64,000 nucleotides of DNA from Bugula neritina (taxonomy: Eukaryota; Animalia; Bryozoa), in assembly GCA_964035545.1 (NCBI GenBank), contig OZ037765.1, positions 20,708,995 through 20,772,994 on the forward strand. Reading direction: 5' to 3'. The notes under the pieces were generated by a model that was not told the origin of the DNA, did no database searches, and was given only the letters and a program-made list of their open reading frames with translations. Positions 27,201-39,468 of this stretch are shown here, one piece after another (the first letter of the stretch is position 1; each line of letters starts with the position of its first letter). The position numbers and the translations under genes were made by a program.

Positions 27201-30200
27201 GGCAATTTTGACAATGGACAACCTTCTTTGTTCTCAACAGTAACACATGGGGTGAAAAATACGATGTTAAATTAATCTGAACTTTTTATTAAACAATAGG
27301 AAGGACAGGAAAAAGATGAATTTTATAAGGTTTAAACAATTGAAGTAATTGTTATGTAATTATAAAGTAATTGTAAAATTTAATTACATCAGCAATGTAA
27401 TTTATTACAATTACAATTACAATTACATTTTTATACACCAATTGCAAATTACATTCAATTACTTGACAAAATATAATTAATGGCAATCAATTACAATTAC
27501 AAATTACAATTACCCCAACTCTGTTATATACACAAAAAGTAGCTAAAGGAGAAAGTTCTTTAAATACAAAGTAAAACATAGAAAGCTGCTGTAATGAAAG
27601 AAAGGTTGTAAATGCATAATGTAACAATTTGAAGCAGTGTTTCAACTATCTATGTTTCAATGTTTTACTACTCCTTTAAAACTCATATACTTTCTGAATA
27701 TTTTACTTTAATTAACTTTGGTTAGGCATAAAACAATACAATTAAAAAATCTTGCTACGATGTAGCTACATAAACTTGCATCAATGAAATCTCATTCTAG
27801 ACTTCATTTATTTGTATATTTTACAGCTCTGTGGTACTGGATTGCATCTGTCCCACTGGATATACAGGAGATACGTGCGAATCAGATATAGATGCCTGTT
27901 CTTTAGTTGCCTTCCCATGTTACCCATCACTGCCCTGCATAGACAGCCCAGCCCCAGCTGATGAGTTCACCTACACGTAAGAAAATTCCCTTCACAACTG
28001 CTTGCCTATTGTCATTGTGATTTCTAAGTTGAATATTTTTTCTCATCTGAAATTAATACACTATTTTTTGCAGATGTGGAGATTGTTCAGAGGGGTACAC
28101 AGGAGATGGTAAATCATGTACAGACATAGATGAATGTCAGGATGAAAGCCTCTGTAGTGGTATCTGCATCAACTATCCTGGTTCATACGCTTGTACCTGT
28201 GAAAGTGGCTACCAGCTAAACGATGATGGAAAAACATGTGACGGTAAATACGTTTACATGTGATTATTACAAAGTTTTGCAACCAGATTTTGTGATAAAA
28301 GTAAAATCATTGTTCTTTTAACAAAGTTACTACCAAATGCATCATAAGTAAACAATACTGCACGGTGATGTTTTCTAGACATTGATGAGTGCATTACCCA
28401 GCCATGCCACCATTCCTGCACCAACACTGCTGGTTCCTTCAACTGTAGCTGTGATGTAGGCTATTCTCTTAATGAAGATGGAATCAACTGTGATTGTGAG
28501 TTTATGGCTTTTACTATCACTTATCTCCACTTACAGATGTCTATTAAGTACAGTAGTAAATTAAAGTAGTATATTTTTAGCTATATTCTATACATGCATT
28601 GCTATAATATTTTCTAAAAGTTTTATTAACCCCAAGCATTTCTATAGTAACTGTTGCTACTACTTACAACTTTGCAGTAAGTTTATAAATATAAATTGCT
28701 AATAACATGTCCAATATAGAGCTAAAACATAGTTTATCTCAAGCATTTGTAATGAAATTGAAAATATTTGTTACAAAAAGCCATGTAAAACATAGCTCAC
28801 TATGTTATTGCTTTCAGCTGCTGATCCATGCACAGATTCAAACAGCTGTGATACTGACAATGGCTTGTGTTCCAAAGTAAATGGAACAGAAGTGTGTTCA
28901 TGTGTCAAAGGCTACACTCTGAATGATGATGGAGAAACATGTGATGAGACTGATGAGTGTGCTCTGGAAACAGACGCATGCGAAAGTGGTTGCAAGAACA
29001 CAGATGGTGGATATCAGTGCACTTGTAGCTCAGGATATGTGCTGTCTTCTGACGGCCGCAGCTGTCAAGGTCAGTAGTGAGTAAATGTCATCCATAGAAA
29101 TGGCCTTTTTTTGCTTATGAAGGATGCTTGTATTAGTTTAAAAATATGGTTCACAAACATTTTGTGGTACAAATTTTTAAATTAATTTGTTGCATTGCTA
29201 AGCTTTTCATGGTGTTTTTCATATACTGTACATGCTCATGGGCACAAATAGTATATGAAACTATTGCAGGATTACTTTTCAAACTTAAAAAAAATTTTTA
29301 TTCAAGCAAATTTTTAATTTCACTTGAGTTTGGTGATTTTAGTTTTTGATATTTGACTATAATATATGAGAGAGTAAAAAATTATGTTGAAGTTTATGAT
29401 GAAAAAATAGGAACAGAAGTAGTAGTTATTAACCGAGTGTTTTTCATGTCTTCAGATATCAATGAGTGTGTAGACATCAACACCCAGTGCCCGGAAACGA
29501 AGACTTGCTCAAATATCCCTGCTTCCTACGAATGTGTCTGTAACCCAACCCAAGTCGAATCAGATGGCAAATGCATAAGTATGTTTCAAATTATCGCAGT
29601 CAAAAGTCACCTTAATTTCTAAGTATTGAAGCGTTATTTTTTTCTAAATAGTAGAATTTGTGGTTTGGGATGACAGTGACATTCATGTTGTTGTGATAAT
29701 ATATTTTTCAAACCATTAACATAGGATTACAAAGAATTTCATTTTTGTATGCTGCAGCAATATAATGTTGAGCTTCAAATTGAGGTTGTAGAATATCTAC
29801 CTACACTGAGCAAGGCTGCCTTTTGTCTATAATATATTATGTGCGTGTGTGCATATGTGTGCGTACTCGCGTAGGTGTGTGCGTGTGCGCGTGTATGTGG
29901 GTGCGTGTGTGTGCGCGCGAGTGGCTGCTACTGAAATATGGTGTGAATGGTTTGGCTTTATTTTGACCTATTCAAGCACATAATGTGTTTTACCTAATAT
30001 TACAGCCGTGAACCCTGGTGACCCAGTGGAGGAAATAACTACTGAACCTTCCAAAGCAGCTCTGAAAAACGGAGTAAAAATTGATTTTAAGGATATGAAA
30101 CTTGATGAGGTATGTGTAATGTATAAAGAGTATAGAGTGTTACACTACGCTATCGCTGACCCTCTTACCTCAATAGATTCCTCTGTAGTGCTATTCCTAT

Positions 30201-31972
30201 ATATGTGCAGTTTGTATAGTCTATTTGTACAATTTAAAAGTCAGTGAGCAAGCTTTACTTTTTGTTAACCAAGTTTAGTTCTACTCTAGTATGGCCTTAA
30301 AAAAGCTGTATGTGTTTGAAGATAGACTCTAAAATAATTCACTGTTGCAGTATACTTATGAAAAAGAAGAACTGCTCTTTGCAAACTTGGCCAAGTTTAG
30401 CAACGAACATTGTGAAGCGAATGACTGTGGCTTTATATCTGAAGAGTCTTCAAGAAAGTAAGTATATACAAACTTGCATTACGTATTAAACTTATGAATA
30501 TACTTATATGGCCTACAATATATCAAGCAAACAGATCTAAAAACATTTATAACGTTTTTCATATTACCATCAATTTTTCTTTTCTCATTTCGTTTTCTTT
30601 TTCTTATACAGTTCATCAAACAGTAAATTAGCTTGTAAGAAATTGCAAAGTTTATTACTATGCAAAATATTTTTAGGAAAAGAAATGATGTAACGTTTAC
30701 AGTAGCAGACTTCTACAGAATCAAGGGCTCTCCCTCATTTGATGATGGCAACACACAAGCCGCAATATATGCCTCAAGCTCTGAATTTGGCATTCTTTCT
30801 GCAAATGACCTGTTGACTGTGATAACTAATGCCCAGAGCTCCATAGAAAGTGATTTAGGTCAGTTAAGTTGCAGCTTTAATTAGTAACTTCTATAGCATC
30901 CCTCAGATTTCATTTTCACCTGATTAGAGTCAGATAAAGCAATTTTCTGGTGAATGAGTAAATAAGCTTATAGATTTATTTAATTTAGGTTATAAGTAAC
31001 TATGATTGGAAAATTTTTCATTTTGTGTGAAAAAATATCTCGGTTGCTTTTTTAATAAAACCAATTGAAAACTGCTTTTGATGACCTAACATGCTTGGAA
31101 ATGCTTAGGTACTTATACATGTTTGTAACTGAGTAAAGTACTTCTTTTGGTCAGGCTATGTTATGGACTCAATTGAGCGTGTCACTGCGCTAACTACAAC
31201 AGTAGCCCCAGCAACAACGCTTGTGGATGAAGAAGTTTCAGAAACTCCAAAATCTAAAACTGGAGTTTACGTTGCTATTGGTGTGAGCGTTGGATTGCTC
31301 GTGGTAGTCATTGTAGTGGTGCTTGTTTGTCTGAAGATAAAAATGAAGTAAGTCTGACATTTTGGTTTAAACATAATATAGATATGTAGTGTTGAATTTA
31401 CCCAGTGGTCCCTGTGGTGCAATGAGTAGCACCCCTGCTTACAAGCCGGAGGTTTCGGGTTCAAATCCCAATGGGGGCATGAAAGTTTTATTACTGCATT
31501 TTCAATATTATGTTATAGTTGTATTTAAAATATTGATATATTAGTAAGTAATAGAACAACCAAATTGCTACTATAAAATATATAAGCATAGTTTAATAAT
31601 TAGAATAGCTAATTGATTAATATGACTAGGTATTAGGATTAATTATTTGTCTGTTATAGCAAATCATCTAAAACAGCTCCTGGTGGTGCAGAAGAATCTG
31701 CTCACAAGAATGAAGTAGTAGCAACATCAATGACACAGCGTGATCCTGAGCAGTTTCATATGGTTGAAACAGGAAGCGCCAAACCAGGAAGTGCCAAACC
31801 AGGAAGCGCCAGACCAGAAAGCGCTAAACCAGGAGGTGCCAAACCAGGAAGTGCCAGACCAGGAAGCGGTGTGCGTGTTTCTGAAGAAAGGCCGGGAAGT
31901 GGAAGTAAACAGACTCAAGACCATAGCAGAGCCGCCACTCCTACTGTAGTGCACCCAGCTCCAGTAGAATAG
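18299..31972 (+). CDS. Gene B: paralogous MUC4/SUSD2-like type-I membrane protein (signal peptide-NIDO-AMOP-vWD-EGF array-SEA-like-TM), complete, 28 coding exons
   Basis: Exons: 18299-18362 ([21 protein letters not shown] signal peptide), 18720-18749, 19572-19601, 20065-20112, 20394-20557, 20895-21144, 21764-21930, 22106-22199, 22322-22516, 22894-23062, 23524-23671, 23875-23998, 24130-24273, 24550-24839, 25111-25282, 25842-26108, 26344-26558, 26723-26835, 27827-27976, 28074-28243, 28379-28495, 28818-29069, 29456-29578, 30006-30109, 30351-30457, 30677-30858, 31155-31347, 31660-31972. All introns are GT-AG and, from the NIDO region on, match gene A in position and phase. Motifs: [53 protein letters not shown]. 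Confidence 0.9.
23141..23234 (+). repeat. tRNA-like short interspersed repeat copy (degenerate)
   Basis: Shares the leader TAGTGTTGAGTTT..CAGT and AATGAGTAGCACCC..GCTTGCAAG with the 31387 and 33882 copies. Confidence 0.6.
26236..26312 (+). repeat. Highly degenerate tRNA-like/SINE head
   Basis: GCCCCTGT..GTGTAATGGTTAGC and B-box-like GGACTCGAATCC. Confidence 0.4.
27055..27523. mobile_element. MITE, probably hAT-type, in an intron of gene B
   Basis: TIR CAGAGTTGAGGT../..ACCCCAACTCTG; arrays of AATTAC/GTAATT subterminal repeats; flanks TTATGTAT / TTATATAC resemble a decayed 8-bp TSD. Confidence 0.75.
31387..31479 (+). repeat. tRNA-like short interspersed repeat (best-preserved copy)
   Basis: A-box-like TGGTGCAATGAG, B-box GGTTCAAATCC, pairing ends GTCCCTG/TGGGGGC; intronic; homologous copies at 23141 and 33882. 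Confidence 0.7.
31772..31867 (+). repeat. Coding 15-bp tandem repeat (GSA[K/R]P x6) in the cytoplasmic tail of gene B
   Basis: GGAAG(C/T)GCCA(A/G)ACCA units, translated [32 protein letters not shown]. Confidence 0.9.
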
Positions 31973-33881
31973 ATGGTGAATTTTTTAAGTACCTACTTTT
32001 AATATTACAGAGTGTCTTCCTAAGTTGAGAAATGTTTTGTGATAGCTTTTAGACAAGACTATTACAGTGCAGTATTTATTAGTGATTGAAATACAGTTCA
32101 AAACTAAGTATAAAATAAATTTCACGATTGTTGGGCATCAGATTATAATCCTAATTGATGGTGTAAATTCTTTTATAAAATTCTTATAATCTTTTCACAC
32201 TGGTCGCATCTTTGTGTTTTAGATTTCTGCCAGTGCAAGAAAATGACAATAGTGCTCTCACCTGCTTCAACTTCTTATAGAACATGACTTCTAACTGAAT
32301 ATATATATTATATGAATGCTCTACAAGCAGCTGATTTAAGTTCGAACAATAGATTACTCATTTTATTAAAGTTATGTAAATTTTCTTTTCTAAACTGAGT
32401 GATGATCTAAAACTCAATTAGTGAAAGTTATTGGCTAAAAAGTTTTTCAGATGAAAAAACCCTACCTCATCTGAATATCTTCCATGACAACCAAATCACT
32501 GCTTGTAGGGTAAGAATACACAATATAATATTCTGGAAATTTTTTCATTTTTATTTTTCTATCTTTATATTTTGTGCTTGTCTTTTTTTAGCTACATTAT
32601 AATAAACTCTACAGTAATCGAACCAAGTTAAAGTAAAACCATTAATTTTTTATATTAATATAATATAGTGAAAAACATAGGTATTGTTGTAGACTAATTT
32701 TAGTTGTGATTCTTTTGCTCACCAAAATATTATGTTTGACTATGAATTAGTTTTGATGACATTTCCCTCATTATGGTTGAAGTTGTTGGGAAAAGTGATA
32801 TTTTGATTGAAAATATCTGCCGAGATAATGAATGAAAGAGGTAGAAGTTGTTAATGATAAATTGATTCTGGAAATTGACTACTGCTTGCATGAATGTATT
32901 TATTTTAAATAAAGTGTCCAAACGATGACTCATGTCAATCACCAGCAAATAATATGATTCGCTTACACTCGCTTACAAAAATGACGCAATGTCCGAGGAA
33001 AATTACTGTAATTGCTTGAATTATTGCACCCTACGCGTGATGGTTACCGAATGGTCATCGCGTAGGGCCTACAGTTATCTCTACGCGTAGGAAATCCGAA
33101 AGCGTCATTAGTCTGGAATTGCTGCTCTGGAAAAGCTGGAGTGTTGTTGCAATTGTAAGTGGTAGGCTACACATACAACGCATTGTTTTTTATAGATAAA
33201 ATATGTCTTTTATTTAAAAAATATTTCAAATAAATTGTTTGTGCAATCAGATAGTTGAAGTTTCTATCAAATATATACATTTGCTAAACATAAAATTAAG
33301 CAAATTAGAGTTTAGCATCAACGAAAAAAAGTCTGACAGTTTATTTATAGTTTGTCATCTAAGATATATAACAAACTTGATACTTTTCAATGTTTGGTGC
33401 TAAAATGTCAATTAAAGCATTTTATTATTTACTTGTAATATCCTCATTTGCAGTAGCCATCTAGCTTATTATTTGTTTATCCAAATTGATGTTTGTCTGA
33501 ATGAGATACCACTGGTTTATCAATAGTCTTACAATCTGTGTTCCTATGTTCATTAGTCTACTTAAAATTTATCAGACAACTAGTACTCTAACAGAAGAAG
33601 CAATCTTTTAGTTAAAAATATTCTAACAGTTTGTCAGCAATGTAATTTAACTTATAGATAATAGAATATACTGAAAGCAATCACTCCTGAAGCATCAACA
33701 TTGTACTGCATGTACATAAGGATTTAGACTGACGTAAATAACACTTGAAAGCATGTTTATCTATGTTAGAACTCTAAGATAAAGTTATCATGAAGTTTTT
33801 AGATTGCTAAATCTGGTAATCAGACATGTTTTACAAATGTTTGATTATAGAATTCAGCTATAATTGTCCATGATAGAAATG

Positions 33882-33976
33882 TAGTATTGAGTTTATCCAG
33901 TGGCCCCTGTTGTGTAATGGTTATAGTGCACCTGCTTGCAAGCCGAAGGTCTTGAGTTTGAATCCCAGTGGGGGCG
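33882..33976 (+). repeat. tRNA-like short interspersed repeat copy
   Basis: GGCCCCTGTTGTGTAATGG..CCTGCTTGCAAGCCGAAGGTCTTGAGTTTGAATCCCAGTGGGGGC with the same 5' leader as the 31387 copy. Confidence 0.65.
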
Positions 33977-36900
33977 AAATTATTTTATAAGCAAAAAAGT
34001 AAGCTGTAATTTAATTTCCTGTATATTGTGTCTTAACATAATTAGGTAAACCTCGTGCCAGCATCGATTTCAGTTGCAGCAAGTAAGTAAAGTTAATGCA
34101 GAAGTTTGTCCAGGAGCTGAATTGAAATTTTGTTCTTAACAACATATTGTATAGATATTGAATTGCTGTGGCACTATATATATGTTTAAAAATCCTAATT
34201 ATGTTTTATACACACTCAACACTTTTGACTATATTCAAAAATTATAAATCTTGTGAAGTAAAAAAAATAAATTATCAAGTTAATTATTTATTTTATTTGT
34301 CAACAAAAAATCAAAAGAAATAAACTCACTTGCTTAAGTTTTGTAAAATATAAAGTACATCCATTTAAATTATCAGAATTTTTCTGCTCAGCAAATACTG
34401 CTCATTTACATTGCATTAAACTATATATTCAATAATATGTATGCATTGAATATTTATGATTATATATGTTTAATGGTAAGAGATTTAGGTGTAAGCCTCT
34501 GTGAGGCAAATTTGGGAGTTGTTTTCCCAAAAAATAAAGTTTCAGGCTTTTTTATATTTTATAAAATAATTGTCTTCACTGGGATTCAATTATTGTAATT
34601 TTATGGAGCGTGTTGGAAGATATAAAATCACTGTGGTGGATTCGTAAAAAAATAATGCTCAGAATATGTGCACACTTTGGTTGTTATGAGAGAAGAGAAG
34701 ATAGCATTCGTAAGTCAGACAGTATATTGAAGACTTGCTGATAAAAAGAGTCCAATTTTGACTCTTCAAAATTAATAAGAGCAAAACATAAACTGATAAG
34801 TAATAATATAGTTTAGAACTTTACACAAGTAGCACCAAAGTCTAACTGATAAGTTGAGGCATCTCATCTTACTTATACATGGTCGAGTATTGCTATCTGA
34901 TTGGTTCTTCAGAAACGAGCCGTCAACGGGCGCCACTTTTACCGCCCTGCCGTTTTTCTGCCTTGGATCGCGCTGTACACGTTGCATCATCCTGGTGAGT
35001 GTTGGCCAATAAGGAAAGACTGCGTGTACATGACTACTAACACACTTATGTCATATACTTGTTACAAAAGAGATAGCATGAGTAAAGTAATGATGCAAGT
35101 AGCATTCTAAGTAGTATTACTGAATTACAGGCTATAGTGGGGAGGTAATAATGCGTATCCAAATTTCACTAAACAATCCCATTTTCATTTATTTTCTTCT
35201 AGTCTTACTCTCATAGTCATTCTACAAGCTTGAAGTTGAACGAAAATGTAATTAAATTATTGCTGCCAGTAGGCGTAGTAGCTAAAGTCATGTTGAAAGA
35301 AGTGCCATCAAAGATCAAAAACTTTGCAGTAAGTGTACCAAGCATTATTATACCTGAGTAAGTTACTACAAGACTATAACTTTTATGAGCTGATTTTAAA
35401 ATGCAAATAGATTAATGAAAATTTAAACTTGGCTAAATAGAGCTTTTAGCTGACAATTGTGAAGGTACAAACACACCCTGTTTACAAAGAATTTGTAAAA
35501 GTCTGTTGAAACCACATATTGAACAAGGTTAGTTTCATTGCCATGCCATTACATATGCTGATTTTGTTGAAAATTGATTAGGACTGAAAGATCGGGACTA
35601 AAAACATGCCCCATTACTTGTTTTCATCGTATTTGTTATATTGGATATTCACGAGTTCTTAAAAAACAAATACTGTAAAAGGCTGTATTATTATAAAAAA
35701 ATTATTTTAAGCACATTTGATAATTTAGCTGAACAGATTGTATAACAAATTAATGGCATTGGTATTATGTTAAGTACAATAAGCTATAAAGGAATCATAA
35801 GATTCTTTCAAGTTAAGCATTGTTATACTATTTGTAGGTATATATAGCAATTCGTAGTGTTAGGCGTTGGTAGTCTAAGTAAACGGCAACAATTGTGCAC
35901 AAAAATAACAGGTATATCTAAAAGGAACCAGGCATTGCTTGAAATTAAAAAAAAATTGAATACACTAACTCTCAATACTATGTACTGGATAGTGCACTTT
36001 TGTTGAAAAAAGTTTAGCTCTTCATTTACTGACAAGTGGTTGACATTTAGTGTAAAGAGTAGGACTTGAAGGAAAACAGTTTTGAAGAGCACCAAACTTT
36101 AGTTTGAAGCACAAACAATGTTATTCTAATATTGCTGAGAAGTGTCTTGACTCCAAAAAATATCTTTCTAAAATGAACATTATATATTAGATGATATGGA
36201 GGGAAAAATATTTGTTGAGAAAATCTTTTTGCTAATAATGGGCCTTCTAAAGATTATACACTGTAAAGTATCAGATATGGTTTTTACAATCAAATAATAA
36301 AAGAGATTTATTATTATATATGTGCTGGTTTGAAAAACCAATCGTAACTGCGTTTATTAGGTTTTTGAGTAGATTTTAATTGCTGAAGGTATATGTCTCA
36401 CTTAGAGTTTCATGAATCTGGCTTTATCACAATGTTGTACAAAATTATATATTATGCAATTTCACATTTATTTTGATTGAGAAAGTCAAAAACATGTGCT
36501 GCAAATGAAAACATCTACAACAATTTCAAAACTGCTGTGATGAAAAGAAACGTTTGGCCCCTGACTCAGAAAAAGAGAACATAAAAGATAGATGCATTTG
36601 AGTGTACACCGCTATGTTGAATAATATTATTTATGTTTCATCTAATAAAAATAGACAATACCATTTAATCCTGCATACCTATGAAAAATATACTGCATCT
36701 GATATTTTAGATTAACATAAATGCAAGCATAATATCTTTATTTGTTCGAGCAATGATACTGCATTGCATTGGGAAAAAGTTTTATGGCGTTCTATTATTT
36801 AAATCTTTTTATAGTTGAGTGAATTATTTGTGGCTTCAACAGGTTCTACTCTAACATTCTAGAGTAGCTATTCTAATACTCTTTGGTACTCCAAAACAAA

Positions 36901-37054
36901 GCATGAGTCTTTTGCTTGAGTTATATAATTCCGGAAAAATAATATAAGTGTGTATTTAAAAAATAATAAATTAATTGCTAATAATAACATATGTATTTCA
37001 TTATATTACCAATGCATTAACTTTCTGCTGATCTAACAGAGTTCTATTTTGTAG

Positions 37055-37620
37055 CCACGGCGACCTCTACTCCCACAACAACCTACTACCTCTTCGTACT
37101 ACAAAAGTAAGCACTTGCTTTTTAATTTGAGTAAAAAATTTCATGAAAAGTTATATAACTGTGTATATGGAAAATAGTATTATAATTGACCAATAATATT
37201 ATATATATTAATTTTCTGAATATGATACAATGTAGTTCCATTTTTTAGCCACCACAACCACTACTACCACAACATCCTCAACTACATACCCTACCAGCTC
37301 TTGGTATCAACAAGTGAGCACATACATGTATGTCTTGTAGTTTGAGCAGCATAATATGTGGACACTTGTGGTGTTTACTTTGAAAAGGATAATTTAATTG
37401 ACAAAAAGAATATCTATATTTGAATACATCAACAATAAAGTTCGTAGTATTTTATATCTTTATGCATATATAATGGAGTTTCACTTTGTAGCTTCCACGA
37501 CCTCTACTTCTACAACATCCTCAACTACATACTAGGTCTTAGTACGACATAAGTAAGCGTATGCTTTTGAATTTGAGTAACATAAATCATGAAAATTTAT
37601 AAAACTGTTTACTTGGCAAA
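37055..37620 (+). pseudogene. Three tandemly duplicated Thr/Ser-rich exon-like units, apparently decayed
   Basis: AG/GT-bounded units 37055-37106, 37249-37313 and 37492-37552 with similar sequence (e.g. TTTTTTTSSTTYPTSSWYQQ). Lengths 52/65/61 break the frame and the third has an in-frame TAG. The downstream intron sequence is duplicated after units 1 and 3. Confidence 0.45.
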
Positions 37621-37628
37621 CAATAACT

Positions 37629-37630
<2 letters not shown>

Positions 37631-37688
<58 letters not shown>
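37631..37688. repeat. (TA)n microsatellite, left flank of the Penelope element
   Basis: Direct observation. Confidence 0.95.
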
Positions 37689-37690
<2 letters not shown>

Positions 37691-37769
37691 TTACGAGCTA
37701 GCAATTTAATTATAAATAGGTATACGAGAAACATTGTTGATTTATTACTTTATTATAGGTAAAATAATT

Positions 37770-37811
37770 CTACTAATATTTCGGGTACCACTGTACCCAT
37801 CTTCAGAGTAG
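37770..37811 (-). ncRNA. Minimal hammerhead ribozyme motif in the 3' pLTR (element sense strand)
   Basis: Reverse complement of 39268-39309, followed by AATAAA signals on the element strand. Confidence 0.75.
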
Positions 37812-38069
37812 CAATGAATGAAATTCAAAAATTATTATGTTACGTTAGACGTTATGCATGACACAAAGAATAGAGAGTGGCAGTTATTGTAAATTATTGA
37901 AACTTAGGGAGATAATCTTATTTTATATATTACGCAGGTCAAAAATTATTTATACTGATTGTTTTGCATAAAAAATAAATTAGAGTTGACAAAAAAAAAA
38001 AAAAATATAGATATCCAAGTATAAATAGCAAGAATTAGTGAAACTATGCGAGAGTTGAGTAGTGTGGAG

Positions 38070-38950
38070 CTATTGATATAGTTTTAGTGGTATGGAGTAA
38101 TTTTGTTTATTAAGTTGCGGTTTTATTTGTTTAATGTAGAGAGCTTCGGCTACTTTTCGATGGTGGATTCCTTTAAATGAATGATTTAAAACTGTTACAT
38201 TGTTTATTGATATGTTTCCATGATTAGTGGTGGAAGAGTGTTGATAAATTTTGGAATTGATGTCATGGCAGTGTTCATGTATCCTGTGTGATAGGCGACG
38301 TCCGGTTTCGCCTACATATGTTTGTTGACAGGTAGCTTCAGGGCAGGTTATTTTGTAGACTAGGTTGTGAATGTGTTCTTTATTGGTTTTATCTTTGAGA
38401 TTAAAATGTGAACTTAAGGGGGTTCCTTTAAATAAAATCCGGGCATTGAGTTCATTTGAAAAAGAGTCTGTAATTAATTTATTGAGGGAGCGGATTAGTT
38501 TTTCTCCTGTTACTCCTTTATAAGGCAGCTGGAGTAAAATGTGTTTCCTGTTGTCTTTTTCACTGAGTAGTCCGTCACCAATGTTGTTAATAGTTTTCTC
38601 TATTACATATTTAGGGTAACCATTTTTATGTTCAAAAACATTTCGAATATAGTTAAGTTCTTGGGTCTTAAGTGCTGGAGTAGAACAGATTTTATTAGCC
38701 CTTAATACTAGTGACTTGAGTGTGCTTAGCTTCCACGTTTTTAGTGAGAAAGAGTTCCAATGTAAATATGTATCGTTATGTGTTGGCTTGCGGAATACTG
38801 TGGTTTCTACTGAGCTATTGTGTCGCAAAACTGTAACATCCAGAAAAGAAAGTGATTTATTGGTTTCTAGTTCGTGTATAAATTTAATGTTAGGATGAAA
38901 ATTATCAAGTGTGTTGAGTGTTGTGTTAATATAATCAGGGTCTATTGTTG
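38070..38950 (-). CDS. Penelope-like element ORF fragment: RT C-terminus plus GIY-YIG endonuclease (5'-truncated)
   Basis: The frame stays open upstream of the called start: ..FHPNIKFIHELETNKSLSFLDVTVLRH..TTVFRKPTHNDTYLHWNS, then LVYKITCPEATCQQTYVGETGRRLSHRIHEH..RKVAEALYIKQIKPQLNKQ. Confidence 0.88.
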
Positions 38951-39267
38951 CAAATAAAACCGCAACTTAATAAACAAAATTACTCCATACCACTAAAACT
39001 ATATCAATAGCTCCACACTACTCAACTCTCGCATAGTTTTACTAATTCTTGCTATTTATACTTGGATATCTATATTTTTTTTTTTTTTGTCAACTCTAAT
39101 TTATTTTTTATGCAAAACAATCAGTATAATTAATTTTTGACCTGCGTAATATATAAAATAAGATTATCTCCCTAAGTTTCAATAATTTACAATAACTGCC
39201 ACTCTCTATTCTTTGTGTCATGCATAACGTCTAACGTAACATAATAATTTTTGAATTTCATTCATTG

Positions 39268-39309
39268 CTACTCTGAAGATGGGTACAGTGGTACCCGAAA
39301 TATTAGTAG
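39268..39309 (+). ncRNA. Minimal hammerhead ribozyme motif in the inverted pLTR
   Basis: CTACT-CTGAAGA-T-GGGTAC(AGTG)GTACCC-GAAA-TATT-AGTAG: stem I CTACT/AGTAG, CUGANGA core, 6-bp stem II, GAAA, palindromic ATAT helix III. Confidence 0.75.
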
Positions 39310-39364
39310 AATTATTTTACCTATAATAAAGTAATAAATCAACAATGTTTCTCGTATACCTATT

Positions 39365-39468
<104 letters not shown>

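Noticed and set aside
31407-31479. Functional tRNA gene
   Set aside because: Mismatched stems, anticodon differs between copies, several decayed intronic relatives
31973-32300. Possible 3'-UTR intron right after the gene B stop (ATG|GTGAAT to TTTAG at 32222), perhaps a lost last coding exon
   Set aside because: Phase differs from gene A's last intron and there is no recognisable homology; needs transcript data
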